Below the pieces are notes generated by a model, which was not told where the DNA came from, searched no databases, and saw only the letters and a program-made list of their open reading frames with translations. Source: Paraphysomonas bandaiensis (Eukaryota > Protista > Chrysophyceae). From it: a stretch of DNA of 64,000 nt. The stretch spans positions 62,001 through 126,000 of the forward strand of contig CBFFRP010000309.1 in the NCBI GenBank assembly GCA_965644295.1, read 5' to 3'. A program made the translations under genes and the position numbers. Each line of letters starts with the position of its first letter. Positions within the stretch are counted from its first letter, which is position 1. Positions 12,121 to 27,100 of this stretch are shown here, piece by piece.

Positions 12121-15100
12121 ATGAATCTATTATTGAATTTATTGTTTTTAGTGTGCGGAAATTATTGAAAATAGCGTACAGACTGTTTCTTTTCCTGAAT
12201 ATTCATCAGGTTGTGTTCATAGAGGATCATTCTAGCATCTCACCTTCTCTGTTATTGTCTATAGCTGAATCTACTACGTACACTGTTGAATATCCTAGTA
12301 TTTACGACTGGGGCTCTGAATTTGACAGGAGACAGCTCTATATTGCTGGTATTACGTCTCCAGGTGTCTGCTTGACGAAACCCTAATTTTGTATCTTAGG
12401 CTGGACACAAGCCACAGCTAGTGCTAGCTGGAGTGCTCGGGACTATCACACTTCTGTTGCTTATAATAGCAAACTTTGGGTTATTGGAGGGGAGGATGCA
12501 TCATCACTAAAGAACGATGTGTGGTCTAGTAGTGACGGTGTTACGTGGACTCAAGCAACTGCTAGTGCGGCTTGGTCTGCGCGGAAAATTCACACGAGTG
12601 TAGTGTTCAACAATGAAATGTGGGTCCTTGGTGGGCAGGGCTCTAGTAGCAATTTAAATGACGTATGGTATTCTTCTGACGGGGCGACGTGGACACAAGC
12701 CACAGCTAGTGCTAGTTGGAGTGCCCGATCATACCATAGCAGTGCTGTGTACAACAACAAGATATGGGTGTTGGGTGGTTCGACTGCAGTCGGCACTTTT
12801 GTAAATGACGTCTGGAGTTCGAGCGATGGGGCATCTTGGACACAAGTAACTGCCTCTGCGGGTTGGGGAATCCGACATGGGCACTGTAGCCCTGTCTACG
12901 ACAGCAAGTTATGGGTACTGGGTGGAGGAGACGGCAGTAATTTGAACGATGTCTGGAGTACTACCGATGGAGCTACATGGACTCAAGCTGCTGCATCGTC
13001 ATCCTGGGCTACTAGGCGGGGACATCGCTGTCTTTCTTACGATGAAATCTGGATTTTAGGCGGCTATGATGGCAGTAACAGGAATGACGTGTGGTACAGT
13101 GCAGATGGAGTCAGTTCCATTCAGGCCGCGTCTGATGCAGAGTGGAGCGACCGCCGGTACTTTGGCGTCTCCATATTCAATAGCAAAATGTGGGTGTTGG
13201 GAGGGACCGGAACTTCAAAGCTGAATGACGTATGGTACTCTGATTCTGCTCCGAGTTCATTACCCTCTTCGCAACCCACAGGCCAACCAACTGGGCAGCC
13301 TACCGGTCAACCTAGTGGCCAACCTACCTGTGTTCCTACTGGAGAGCCCACTGGACACCCAAGTGGTCAGCCAACCGGACAACCTACCGGCGTTCCTACA
13401 GGACAGCCTAGTGGTCAACCAACCTGTGTACCTACAGGGCAACCCAGTGGTGAGCCCACATGCATTCCTACTGGGCAACCAAGTGGACAACCCACTGGTC
13501 AGCCAACCGGTCAGCCCACGTGTATTCCCACTGGACAGCCAACCGGCCAGCCTACCTGTATTCCTACTGGGCAGCCCACTGGACAACCTACCTGTATTCC
13601 AACTGGGCAGCCTACCGGTCAGCCTACCTGCGTTCCTACAGGACAGCCTACAGGTCAACCAACGGGTCAGCCATCAGGACAACCAACCTGTGTGCCTACA
13701 GGGCAACCCAGTGGTGAGCCGACATGCACTCCTACTGGGCAACCAAGTGGACAACCCACTGGTCAGCCAACCGGCCAGCCTACCTGTATTCCTACAGGGC
13801 AGCCTACTGGTCAGCCAACCTGCCTTCCTACAAGTCAGCCTAGTGGTCAGCCAACCGGACAGCCTAGTGGTGAGCCCACATGTATTCCTACTGGTCAACC
13901 CAGTGGACAGCCCAGTGGACAGCCTACCGGTCAGCCCACGTGTATTCCCACTGGTCAGCCTACAGGGCAACCAACTTGCAGTCCTTCAGGACAGCCCACT
14001 GGACAGCCTACCTGTATTCCTACAGGAGAGCCCAGTGGACAACCATCAGGACAGCCCACTGGGCAGCCAACATGCATTCCAACGGGGCAACCCAGTGGAC
14101 AACCCACATGCGTTCCAACTGGACAACCTACCTGTATTCCTACTGGACAGCCTACCGGTCTGCCCACGTGTATTCCAACTGGGCAGCCTACCGGTCAGCC
14201 TACCTGCGTTCCTACAGGACAGCCTAGTGGTCAACCAACAGGTCAGCCATCAGGACAACCAACCTGTGTACCTACAGGGCAACCCAGTGGCGAGCCCACA
14301 TGCATTCCTACTGGGCAACCAAGTGGACAACCCACTGGTCAGCCAACCGGCCAGCCTACCTGTATTCCAACTGGGCAGCCTACCGGTCAGCCAACCTGCG
14401 TTCCTACAGGTCAGCCTAGTGGTCAACCAACAGGTCAGCCATCAGGACAACCAACCTGTGTGCCTACAGGGCAACCCAGTGGTGAGCCCACATGCATTCC
14501 TACTGGGCAACCAAGTGGACAACCCACTGGTCAGCCAACCGGACAACCTACCTGTATTCCTACAGGGCAGCCTACTGGTCAGCCAACCTGCGTTCCTACA
14601 GGACAGCCAAGCGGCCAACCCACTGGACAGCCTAGTGGTGAGCCCACATGTATTCCTACTGGTCAGCCAACAGGTCAGCCAACTTGTGTACCTTCTGGAC
14701 AACCTAGTGGACAGCCAACTGGACAGCCTACAGGACAACCGACGTGTGTTCCAAGTGGACAGCCCACTGGACAACCTACCTGTATTCCTACAGGAGAGCC
14801 AAGCGGACAGCCGACATGCGTTCCTACTGGTCAACCCAGTGGACAGCCTACAGGTCAACCTAGCGGACAGCCTACTGGACAGCCCACTGGTGAGCCCACT
14901 TGTATTCCTACTGGACAGCCTAGTGGTGAGCCAACATGTATTCCTACTGGTCAGCCCAGTGGTGAGCCCACAGGTATTCCTACAGGACAGCCCAGTGGGC
15001 AACCAAGTGGTCAGCCAACCGGACAACCTACCTGTATTCCTACAGGGCAGCCTACCGGTCAGCCAACCTGCGTTCCTACTGGACAACCCAGTGGGCAACC

Positions 15101-18100
15101 AACCGGACAGCCTAGTGGTAAGCCTACATGTATTCCTACCGGGCAACCCACTGGGCAGCCGACATGCGTTCCAACTGGACAGCCGAGTGGACAACCCACA
15201 TGTGTTCCTTCAGGACAGCCAAGCGGCCAACCTACTGGACAGCCTAGTGGTGAGCCCACATGTATTCCAACTGGTCAGCCGACAGGTCAGCCAACTTGTG
15301 TACCTACTGGACAGCCTAGTGGACAGCCTACCGGTCAGCCAACATGCATTCCAACTGGGCAACCCACTGGACAACCAACTTCTATTCCAACTGGTCAGCC
15401 GACTGGACAACCTACAGGACAGCCAACAGGACAGCCCACTGGACTGCCTACGGGGCAGCCGACGGGACAGCCGACAGGGCAACCGACCGGACAGCCGACT
15501 AGTCAACCCAGCAGTCAACCTACGGGGCAGCCAACAGGCCAGCCCACTGGCCAACCTACTGGACAACCTACAGGTCAGCCAACGGGACAGCCTACAGGTC
15601 AGCCTACTGGACAACCCTCCGGGCAACCAACTGGTCAACCTACTTGCCAACCGACGGGTGAACCTACGGGACAGCCGACAGGACAACCCACTGGACAACC
15701 AACTGGTCAGCCTACGGGACAACCCACTGGACAACCAACTGGTCAGCCTACGGGACAGCCTACTGGACAGCCCACTGGACAGCCTACAGGTCAGCCTACA
15801 GGACAACCTACTGGACAACCTACAGGACAGCCAACAGGCCTGCCTACAGGACAACCGAGTAGTGAACCTAGTGGTCAGCCTACTGGGCAGCCCACTGGAT
15901 GGCCCACTGGACAACCTACTGGTGAGCCAACGGGACAGCCAACTGGTCTGCCTACGGGGCAACCTACAGGGCAACCTACAGGACAGCCGAGTAGTGAACC
16001 TAGTGGTCAGCCCACCGGCCAACCTACAGGTCAACCTACGGGACAGCCGACTGGTGAGCCTACGGGACAACCCACTGGACAACCAACTGGTCAGCCTACG
16101 GGACAGCCTACAGGTGAGCCAACGGGACAGCCTACAGGTCAGCCTACTGGACAACCTACAGGACAACCTACGGGACAACCAACTGGACAGCCGACAGGAC
16201 AACCGAGTAGTGAACCTAGTGGTCAGCCTACTGGGCAGCCCACAGGTCATCCCACTGGACAGCCAACTGGACAACCTACTGGTGAGCCTACAGGACAGCC
16301 TACTGGACAGCCCACTGGACAGCCTACAGGTCAGCCAACAGGACGGCCTACAGGGCAACCTTCAGGACAGCCTACAGGTCAGCCCACTGGTTTGCCTACG
16401 GGACAACCTACAGGGCAGCCTACAGCTCAGCCGTCAGGGCAGCCGACTGGGCAACCTTCGGGACAGCCGTCAGGGCAACCTACTGGTGTGCCCACAGGTC
16501 AACCTACGGGACAGCCGACAGGACAACCTACAGGGCAGCCAACAGGGCAACCTACTGGAGAACCTACTGGAGAACCTACTGGTCAACCAACAGGACAACC
16601 TACTGGACAGCCTACTGGTCAACCTACAGGGCAGCCTACAGCTCAGCCGTCAGGGCAGCCGACTGGGCAACCTTCGGGACAGCCGTCAGGGCAACCTACT
16701 GGTGTGCCCACAGGTCAACCTACGGGACAGCCGACAGGACAACCTACAGGGCAGCCAACAGGGCAACCTACTGGAGAACCTACTGGAGAACCTACTGGTC
16801 AACCAACAGGACAACCTACTGGACAGCCTACTGGTCAACCTACAGGGCAGCCTACAGCTCAGCCGTCAGGGCAGCCGACTGGGCAACCTTCGGGACAGCC
16901 GTCAGGGCAACCTACTGGTGTGCCCACAGGTCAACCTACGGGACAGCCGACAGGACAACCTACAGGGCAGCCAACAGGGCAACCTACTGGAGAACCTACT
17001 GGAGAACCTACTGGTCAACCAACAGGACAACCTACTGGACAGCCTACTGGTCAACCTACAGGGCAGCCTACAGGACAGCCTACTGGGAAACCAACTTCTC
17101 AGCCTACTAGTGAGCCTACGGGGCAGCCAACTGGGCAGCCAACTAGTCAGCCGACAGGACAACCAACTGGGCAACCGACTGGCCAGCCCACTGGTGAACC
17201 CACCGGTCAACCTACAGGACAACCCACTGGAGAGCCTACAGGACAGCCGACCGGGCAGCCTACAGGTCAGCCGACGGGCCAACCAACCGGACTGCCTTCA
17301 GGACAGCCGACAGGACAGCCGACAGGGCAACCTACAGGACAACCTACTGGACTACCAACTTCACAGCCTACTAGTGAGCCTACAGGACAGCCCACTGGAC
17401 AGCCGACAGGGCAACCTACAGGACTACCAACTGGTCAGCCTTCTGGACAACCTACGGGGCAGCCAACAGGCCAGCCCACTGGTCAACCAACTGGGCAACC
17501 CACTGGACAACCGACAGGTCAACCTACGGGACAACCTACAGGTCAACCTACTGGTGTACCTTCTGGCCAACCAACAAGTCAACCTACAGGACAGCCCACT
17601 GGACTGCCTACGGGGCAACCTACAGGGCAACCCACCGGTCAACCTACTGGTGAGCCTACAGGGCAGCCAACTGGCCAGCCCACTGGACAACCCACTGGTC
17701 AACCTAGTGGTCAACCTAGTGGTCAGCCAACAGGGCAGCCCACTGGACAGCCGACTGGTGAACCCACCGGTCAACCTACAGGCCTGCCCACTGGTCAGCC
17801 GACAGGGCAACCTACTGGACAGCCCACTGGACAGCCCACAGGTCAACCCTCTGGACAACCCACTGGGCAGCCAACAGGCCAGCCCACTGGACAACCCACT
17901 GGTCAACCTACAGCTCAACCCACTGGACAACCCACTGGACAACCCACTGGTCAGCCGACAGGGCAACCTACTGGACAGCCCACTGGACAGCCCACAGGTC
18001 AACCCTCTGGACAACCCACTGGGCAGCCAACAGGCCAGCCCACTGGACAACCCACTGGTCAACCTACAGCTCAACCCACTGGACAACCCACTGGACAACC

Positions 18101-21100
18101 CACTGCTCAGCCAACAGGCCAACCTACAGGGCAGCCCACCGGACAGCCTACAGGGCAGCCGACGGGGCAGCCTACAGGACTACCAACAGGTCAACCCTCC
18201 GGACAACCTACGGGGCAGCCAACAGGTCAGCCCACGGGACAACCCACTGGTCAACCTAGTGGCCAGCCAACTGGTCAACCTACAGGGCAGCCCACCGGAC
18301 AGCCGACGGGGCAACCGACGGGACAGCCAACCGGACAACCTACGGGGAAACCCACAGGACAACCAACTGGTCAACCCTCCGGACAACCTACAGGCCAGCC
18401 AACTGGCCAGCCCACTGGTCAACCTACTGGGCAACCTACAGGTCAACCAACTGGAATTCCCACTGGTCAGCCGACGGGGCAGCCTACTGGACAGCCAACA
18501 GGACAACCTACAAGCCAACCGACGGGACAACCTACAGGACAGCCTACGGGACAACCTACGGGACAACCTACAGGCCAACCGACAGGACAACCTACTGGAC
18601 AACCGACAGGCCAACCAACTGGTCAGCCTACTGGTGAACCTTCAGGACAGCCAACTAGTGTTCCAACCGAGATTCCGTACTACATCGATACAATTAACGT
18701 TACATCTACTCAGTATGAAATATTTGTCGATGCTACGTTATCACGACTGGGAATACTTGCATGTAGTGTGTATGATACAACTTTGAATTATTCGAGACCC
18801 TCTTCGCTGGATGACTTGCTCTCTTCAAGTCAACTGTCCGACTCTGTCCCGGTGGATGTGACACCTGCTGAACCCATGGACGTGAATATGACTTTCAGTG
18901 AATTAGTTCCCTCAACTGATTACATGGTTTATTGCATGATATTAGACGATTACTACAATTTTACCACTCCATTCGAAGACGTAATTGCGGCGAGAGAAGA
19001 AGTTCGAACTCTGTGCTGCATTGAATTCCATGTTGCCCTTGCACTTTCAACTGTTCCATCATTTCAGTCTGCAGTAAACGTTTTACAAATTATAGTTCCA
19101 TATACATTGAGAGGATACTTGCAGCTTGAATATTTTGCCAATTTTACCGCGGTGAATGCTACCAGTTCATTTGGTGTCAGTCCGTTCCTTCCTAATTCAA
19201 CAACTGTACACTCTCACTCTTTGGTGACAATTTTAAAATCATCTCTTCCGGCACACTTGGTCCCGGGAAAGTATGAGTTAGACTTCCGAATGTCTGGTCC
19301 AAATGCTTCTGACTATTCGATAGTGTATACACCAGGTTCGAATGCTTTTAATGTACCAATGTATTTTGCACCGCCTGGCCCTAGTATGAGTGTTGCTATA
19401 TTTACCGATGATGGACTGAACGTTCTTATACGTTTCACTGCAGACACTGATAGAGCTAATTTGAATACTATATTTTCCTGTTCCGAGCTGTTTATATTTG
19501 CAGGAAGTAGCACAGCAACTTGTCAGTGGGTAAATGCAAGTGCTGTTCGCATTGGTTCAAATTCAGCAAAAGACCTATCTGTCGGCAGCAACATAACTCT
19601 TAAGGCCGAATCAATTAGAGCAACCTGTTTAACTGCTGGCTGCTCTACGTGGATGGCCTCACCACAGCACACGATTGAACTCTCAGCCCCTTATAATCCA
19701 GTTGTACCGATCGTCGTATTTTCTTCTCCATCAGTAATAACTGAGTGCGTTGACTTCTTGCTAGATTTAGCGTCATCTTCGGGTAGTGGAGGACGCACAT
19801 GGCATAGTAAGATGATAACGGTGTCAAGTTCGACTGGTGCCAACACGACGGCATTGCAGTATTTCTATGACACACAATATGATATTTCAACAGTGTCACC
19901 AGCACCGCGGAGTTTTTTTGGTGTCAATGAAAGTTATATTTTTTCTGTCAGACTATGTAACTTTTTTGGCCGTTGCAGCCGAACTATGACTCATACATTA
20001 GTGGTAGATTCGCAACTGACACCCGTAGTGTCAATATATGGTAGCTCAAGTCGGTCCTTGCGACGAAACAAAGTGCTTGAACTATTTGCCAGTGCTTACA
20101 CTCAAACTTGCTCTTTGGAGAAGTCATCAAGTGACCTGAACTTTACTTGGACTGTTGAGAAAGTTGGTGTGGGATATGTTAATATGCCCTCTGTTTCGAA
20201 GATTCCTTCCAGATATAAACTAGATAAGTTTTCAATGGAAGTGGGTGCAGTATATAATATATACCTTCGAGTTGTCTACACTCTGAATGGTCGCTACTCT
20301 GATGCTTCTCCAGTAACTGTTTCCGTCTCTAGCGCTGATATTAAAGCTATTGTCGCCGGTGGCACTTCGAAAACAGCCGTTTTAGGCAAAACTGTTGAAC
20401 TGGATGCAAGCTACAGCTATGATGAAAATGTTCAAGGAGCATATGGGACCAATGCAGGACTTGCATTTGAATGGACATGTACACTACTTAGTCCACTGAA
20501 GCCGTCGTCTTGTGGTCTTAATCTGTCCTCTACCTCAGGTGGTGAAATTACTGCCACCGCTACGGACAGCACATTTGTCAATTCGACATCAGAGTTAACT
20601 GTTACAGTTTATAAGGGAAGAAGATTTGATCAAGCTGTTATTTTGATTAAAGTTCTCCCGGCACGGTCTCCTGTTATTACAATAACATCGCAGCCGCAGG
20701 TGCTGGCATCGTCGTCTAAACTAAAGCTCTTGTCGAATATTGAGTTGTTTTTTGAAGATAATGCAGTGTGGTCTGTGGACAGCGCAAGCATTGACCTATC
20801 ATCTTCTGCCTGGACTAATCCTTCCATTTCTTTTTCTGCTGGAAGGCATGATTTCAACTTAGTAATGCCGCCCAACTCTCTCCCGGCGGAATCAATTCTA
20901 GAATACAAAGTTTCAAGTGGGTCAAGTTCTGCTGCTATTACCGTCATTGTGGCCGGCACACCGGAAGTCGGTTTGTTTACTGTTAGTCCTCCATCTGGTG
21001 TAGCAATGGATCAGAATTTTGATTTCTCAGTATCTGGCTGGTCAGCTGCGGATGCAGAATTACCGCTGTCATATTCGTTCGGATATTTTAGTGTTTTAAA

Positions 21101-24100
21101 CAAGTTGATGACTATTCAAGCTCGTTCTGAGTCATCATACACGAGTACTATTCTTCCACAAGGACAGAGGATTCAAAATAATGTTGTTATTTGCGTTGCG
21201 CAAGGCTATAATTCACTTGGTGCTACTTCATTTGCGTTTTCGTATGCAATTGTGCATCCTTCCGATGTATCTCCTGAAGAATTGTTGGTCTTCCTTCAGA
21301 ATAAGTTATCTGTGGGTGAACTTCAAGCTGATACTGATTTAATAAAGCAGGTTGTCTCATTTGGATTGACATCTTTCTCCTCACCTAACTGCTCCACGAA
21401 TTGTTCTTCTCTTAACAGGGAGAATTGTGATTTGTTCGATAATTGGTGTGGACCCTGTCTTGATGGGTATTATGGTGATGATTTAGCTGGTACTACGCCA
21501 TGTTTTTTAGTTCAAAATAGCGACACAGGGATTTCAGAAAGAAGAAATCTGTATACTCTCTCAGATTCAGCCTGTGTTGATGATGTAGACTGTGCTGCTT
21601 TTGAAGTATGCTCATTGGGCAGTTGTTTCCATCCACAGAAGTCGTGTCCTCGCAATTGCTCGGGGCGAGGTGCATGTGCTATGATTCTCTCTTCCCGTAA
21701 TGAAGAAATCGAGTCATGTTTAGAAGGTGATAGTTCTTGCAAAGCGATTTGCGTATGCAACTCGACTTATGGAGGAGAGGATTGCTCCTTATCATCGAGC
21801 GAATTAGAAGCTAAAATTTCATCTCGTGAAGCAATGATGTATTCTGTGGAGGATTTGCTCTATGGTGATGATGTGAATCACGAATTGGTTGAAACAGTTG
21901 TTTCCATGCTATACGAGGTGGGACGAGTGAAGAATGAGCTGAATCGAAACATCTGTGATAGTATAATGAGAAGTCTAAACGTCACTATTTCGTATCATGT
22001 TGAACATGCATTAGATTACAATACCTTTTTAGATATGTCTCCTGTGCTCAGCAACTGCTTTGATGTTTACAGCAACGAAAATGTTACAAGTGGCATAATT
22101 GTTGCCAACAATATGCTAAACTTTTTTACTGAACTTGTTTTGAGCGATTTTGTTTCTGGTGAAGGAAGTGTAGACATCGTTGAGAATGTTTTTCGGAAGA
22201 AGATTTACATTTTACCTGCGACAACTTCAGGCGATTTAGTGTTTGAATCCCCTGTCACAACATCAGAGAGTGTATTGGGCTCTAAACATGGGTATGTTGT
22301 CTTCAGCAAGAATTCGTCGTTAAATTCAGACATTAGTATCACGCTATCAGAATTCAGTGCTTATCTCTACGCCAATGTGACAGATTACGCTACTAACGTG
22401 TATAATTTTTTTGTTTCCGATTCATCTCTGTCGGAAGTATACAATTTTACTTTCTACACTCACTATGCGCATAATTTCACCAATGGGTCAGACGCTGTTA
22501 GAAGTCGTGAAAAATTTGTCACACAATGCACTCCGCAAATGAATTCACCGTGGGATAATTTTACATGTCCAAGTGGTTTGAATGTATCTCATTTTTGTGA
22601 TGGAGAAAGTTTCAGTATCATTACCACACTCTGTCCACCTGTGGCATATCTTCCTACGTGTGGAGTATTAACTGACGATGGATTGGATGAGAATTCTATT
22701 TGTAATTTGGTTTCTTACACAAGTAATAGCGCGACTTGTTCCTGTACGTTTGGATCATCTGGAAGTAGACGTCTATCGGAAGGAGGAATTGAAGCCAGTC
22801 TAGTATCTCAAACAGCTACTACTTTTGGCGACACCACTGATACTTACGTGTATGTCGTTGAGCCAGATGAGTCAACACCTTCGCTGGCTGTGGGAATTCT
22901 ATTTATGACACTATTTTTTCTTATATTAATCGTGATCGTACTTCACATATCAATTAATGCACGGGCCGGTGTATGTGTTCACGACAGCATCAAAAAACCA
23001 ACTCTTGACGAAATTGATTTCGAAACCAGTAGAAAATTGGTTATTGATTACCTGCGCAGCATTTTTCCACATGTATTTAGACGTCAGGGATCGTTTCTGT
23101 TTAACGCACGTTATGAAATATTAGCACACCATCCCTATGTGAAATTATTCACTGCTTCTGGTGAAAATGCTAGTTACACAAGAGTAGCAGCAGGAGTCCA
23201 CCTTTTTACCATACAAGTATGCGAAAAATGTTATACTTGTGAGATATAATGATCTTGTTTTGTAGAGTGTTTTATTCCTAATTGTGGCGGTGCTTTACAC
23301 TGTGCAGTACCCTGAAGATGACGACTCCTGCGGGTATGTTTATATATACCTTTTCGGTTGTATATTTACTGTGTAAATAGTAATTACGGATCGAAGTCTG
23401 CGTGTTTAGAGGAGAAAACACCTTTTGATCGCGAACTAAGTAGGTGTGAGTGGTTACCTGAAAATTCTATTCGATACTGTCAACATCGTAAAGCCGAATT
23501 TACTCTTACGGTTCGAGTGTGGATTGTGCGCGTATTCTGTGCTCATTGTCTTTTACAGGCAGTAATTGTCATCGGAATTATTTCTGCTACATGTATCGCA
23601 TTCGTTCATTGCATTCTAGGTATGGTGTCTGTTTAATATGCGATGCAATGGATGCAAGCTAACTACCGTACAGATAATGTTTTCAAGAATTTGTTAGCTT
23701 CGTCTGTGAGCGATACAACTAAAGTTGCAGAGACAGATAGAGTGTTCGGCAAAGACCGTACAGAGGAGATAGAGTTCTCTGAACAGTTCCAATCCACAGA
23801 CATGAAGTTTCCTGTTGCCGGACCGAAGCGGAAGTTAACTCGGGACCAACTTTTATCACGGGAAATTGCACAAGTAGCATTTTCGAAGATATGCTTTCAA
23901 GATGTTGAGCGTTACGATGAAAACAAGGATAGGTCATATACATTTGAAGAGTTTATTTCTCTACTCGCAAAACAAAGAGATATTTTGGAAGGCGAGGCAG
24001 TTAACGAATTTGACGACGAGTGGATGTAAGTTCTATTTGCCTTTATCATCTTTCTTACTAGAAGTAGGTTGGAGTACATGTCAGGTGACGCGTTGCGATT

Positions 24101-27100
24101 TTCATGCGTGCGGAATGGTGATATTGGACAAGATATTACTTTCCAAAGTTTTGTGAGAGAGGAAATACAAGTTTCAAGTGAAATTGCATCAAAGAAGAGG
24201 GACAGTTTCGTGTCCTGCTCCAATGCTCATGGTACGATGATTCGTAGTGCATGCAATTTTTAGTCAATTTTTCGTGTGATTAATGTAATTGTTGTAGTTG
24301 GATCAGAAATGTGTTATTCGTTTGTTAGTGATATTCTTGGGCGGTAAGATATCGAATTGCTGATGTCAGCGTTTATCACCTCTGACGTAGGACAACATGT
24401 GCGGCGAAAGTGTTCGAGTACATGTGCGAAGAAGAGTTTGGCATGCCAGAATGTGCAACGCCGACAACTAAAATTGTTGCATGGAGTTGTGTATTTTCGT
24501 TGACAGCCGTTTGCCTTTCACTGACGATATGGATTGCGTCATCACGGTAGATATATGTTAGAATGTGTGGCGTCGTATAATGCAATACTTTTTTGCAGAG
24601 ATTCCGCGTGGCAAAGTGTTTGCGTGACTGCGTGTGTCATTCGTAAGTATATATTTACCTATTTTTCATACGACTTGACCTTGCGTGTAGAATTATTCGT
24701 GGACGTGTTCCTTACTCGTACTATGGAATGCGTTTGGATAAATACAGCAGTTCCGTTAATGGTAAGAATGAACTACTTTTGCTTGTAAGTATTGTAATGC
24801 TTACCAGGTGAAATCAGAGATTGCCAGCGCGATTAAGTTGTTGTACAATTCTGCAACTTCTAGTATTGCACCAGATAACGATGTTGTGCTTAATGTCCCA
24901 CACTATGTTTTTGTATCGACGAAGCTTGCTCGTGATTTCGTAAACGTATTTGAGGGAGCAATTATCCTGCGATATCAGAGTTATTTGGGAGGAAAACTTT
25001 CTGAAAGAATGAAAGCTGAGATCCTAATGCACGCGGAGAATTCACAGGACCACATGCTTTCTACTTTATACAGTTCACTATCATATTTTTTGATAACTGA
25101 TTTGATGAAATATCTGGCAATGCTTCCTTTGCGAACACAACGACTGGTACTTCATGTTTTACTCCCGGTTTTCCTGCTCACTTTGATTCTATACTTGGAG
25201 TCATTGGTTTTACTTCCCGGTCTTGTCGCAGTACTACTTGTTTTTATTGCTGTTCAAGTGATGTTGTTCTATTGTACTAGGGTAAGAAACCGTCATAGTA
25301 TGCGTAGCTTAGCCAATAGGTACTCTCCATCTCCTGAGCCCTCGTCTAGTCATCACATGAATGTGTCAAATGAACCAGAGAATGCAATTCCAATTGATGA
25401 ACCTCAAAATGTGTTGTCCAAAGATAATTGTGTGGAACCAATTGAGATTAAGAAAGTTTCCGTTGATGCTCCATGCGACAGTGATATTCCCCCAGATTCG
25501 TCACGAACAGGGTCCGTTGCGAATTTCCTAAATACACAGCGTGATGAGAGTGATGCACCCAAAGAGTCTGCGCGAAGTGTGTCTATTTACTGCTCCTCTG
25601 CTAGAGGAAGTTTGGATGAAGAAAATGCACAGAGACCACAGAGTAGGTCCTGTGACATAGCTTTTCCGATGGATAGCACCGAATTGACAGAAGCTGGGGA
25701 CAACGTAGTTACATCGGACAATGCTGTCGAATCCCCTAGCTGTATGGCCGCGATATCGTTTGAAAGTAAGGACTTCAGGGAAGTGGAATTGGAAGAAGTA
25801 TCACCTCCTCCAATTACTAGCTCCGAACCATCTGATGTTGTTGAGCAGGAACCCCAAGTTGACACAATGATTTCAGACACTGTTGCCACTGGTATTCGAA
25901 TAGAAACTACACCTGTAGTGGATATATCTGAAACTGACGTTCCACCTGTTATAGATCAGTCAGATGAATCTGTGATTGAAAAGCAGCGAAAACATACTGA
26001 TCCACCAACTATTGATGAGAATGCTGTTCAAAACGATACCCCGGAGCCTGCGCCTATCGTATGCATTGACCCTACACCATTCGAAGAGCCGCTTGTTGTG
26101 TCCAAGCCCCAACCACAGCCTGAAGATAAAAATCCGATAGAAGCAGACGTTGCTCTTGGCCCACCAAAGCAGAGTACTAAATCTGTGTCGCCAGTACCTG
26201 AGGTTAAAGAGATCCATGTTGCTCCGGCGAAGGAGGAGATAGTTATGGTGAATGAGAAGGTAGAAACTCATATACCAGTCGTCAAGAAAGCTGTTTCTCC
26301 ACCGATGATAAAAGCTGTGGATGATACACATGCTCCAAACTGGAAACCAGAAGTGATTCCACCCAAAGAAAAGCCAGTTGCGAAACCGATACCTTTATCA
26401 CCCACGAAAGTAGCCCCCGCACCAGCGAAGAGTTCATTTGATGGCAATGATAAGAAGGTGGGCTGGAAAGTTGCTGATGAAAAGCCAAATAAAGAAAAGA
26501 AACAACAAAGTCCAGTGGACATGAACCCAGCTAGCCCCGCAAAATTGGGCTTCTTTAACAACGAGCGCCGCAGTTCTGGGGAAACCACGTACAAGCCTCT
26601 TCAAATTGGAATGGGTGCTATATTTGACCCAGCATTAGTATCCTCCAGTGAATTTTCAAAGTCGCCTCTAGACTACTCTAGCAATGGGATGTACAACGAT
26701 GATTACTTTGGGGATAGCAGATCTCCAATGCGGTCTCATTTTTCAAGTACAAGTCCGCTAAGAGCGCTGACAGCAACGCCGATGTCGAAAGGGTCTCGAG
26801 GATATGAGTTTGGGCAGCGATCGACGACAGCAAATTCGCCACTGAAGACTCTTCGAGCTGGAACAGCTGCATCGCCGCTGCGGTCACTGCGTCTGGGAAC
26901 GCCTAGCTCCCCACTCATAGGAAGCCCTATTCAAGTTGAAGATCCTGAATTGGTTGCGAAACACCAAAACTCAGTTGGGAGTTTCAAAACTGCAAAGAAG
27001 CTTCGTCTTGTGCCCGTAAAATCATCTTCTCTAAACTCTCCTGACAGGAGCAGGTCGTCGGGTTTGTTGTCTGTTGATGGAGCAAGTCCTCTCAAATATG

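Noticed and set aside
13225-18786. 1853-aa stop-free ORF in an alternative frame, plus many antisense ORFs over the PTGQ repeat
   Set aside because: Shadow frames: the CCN-ACN-GGN-CAR repeat cannot form stops in that frame.
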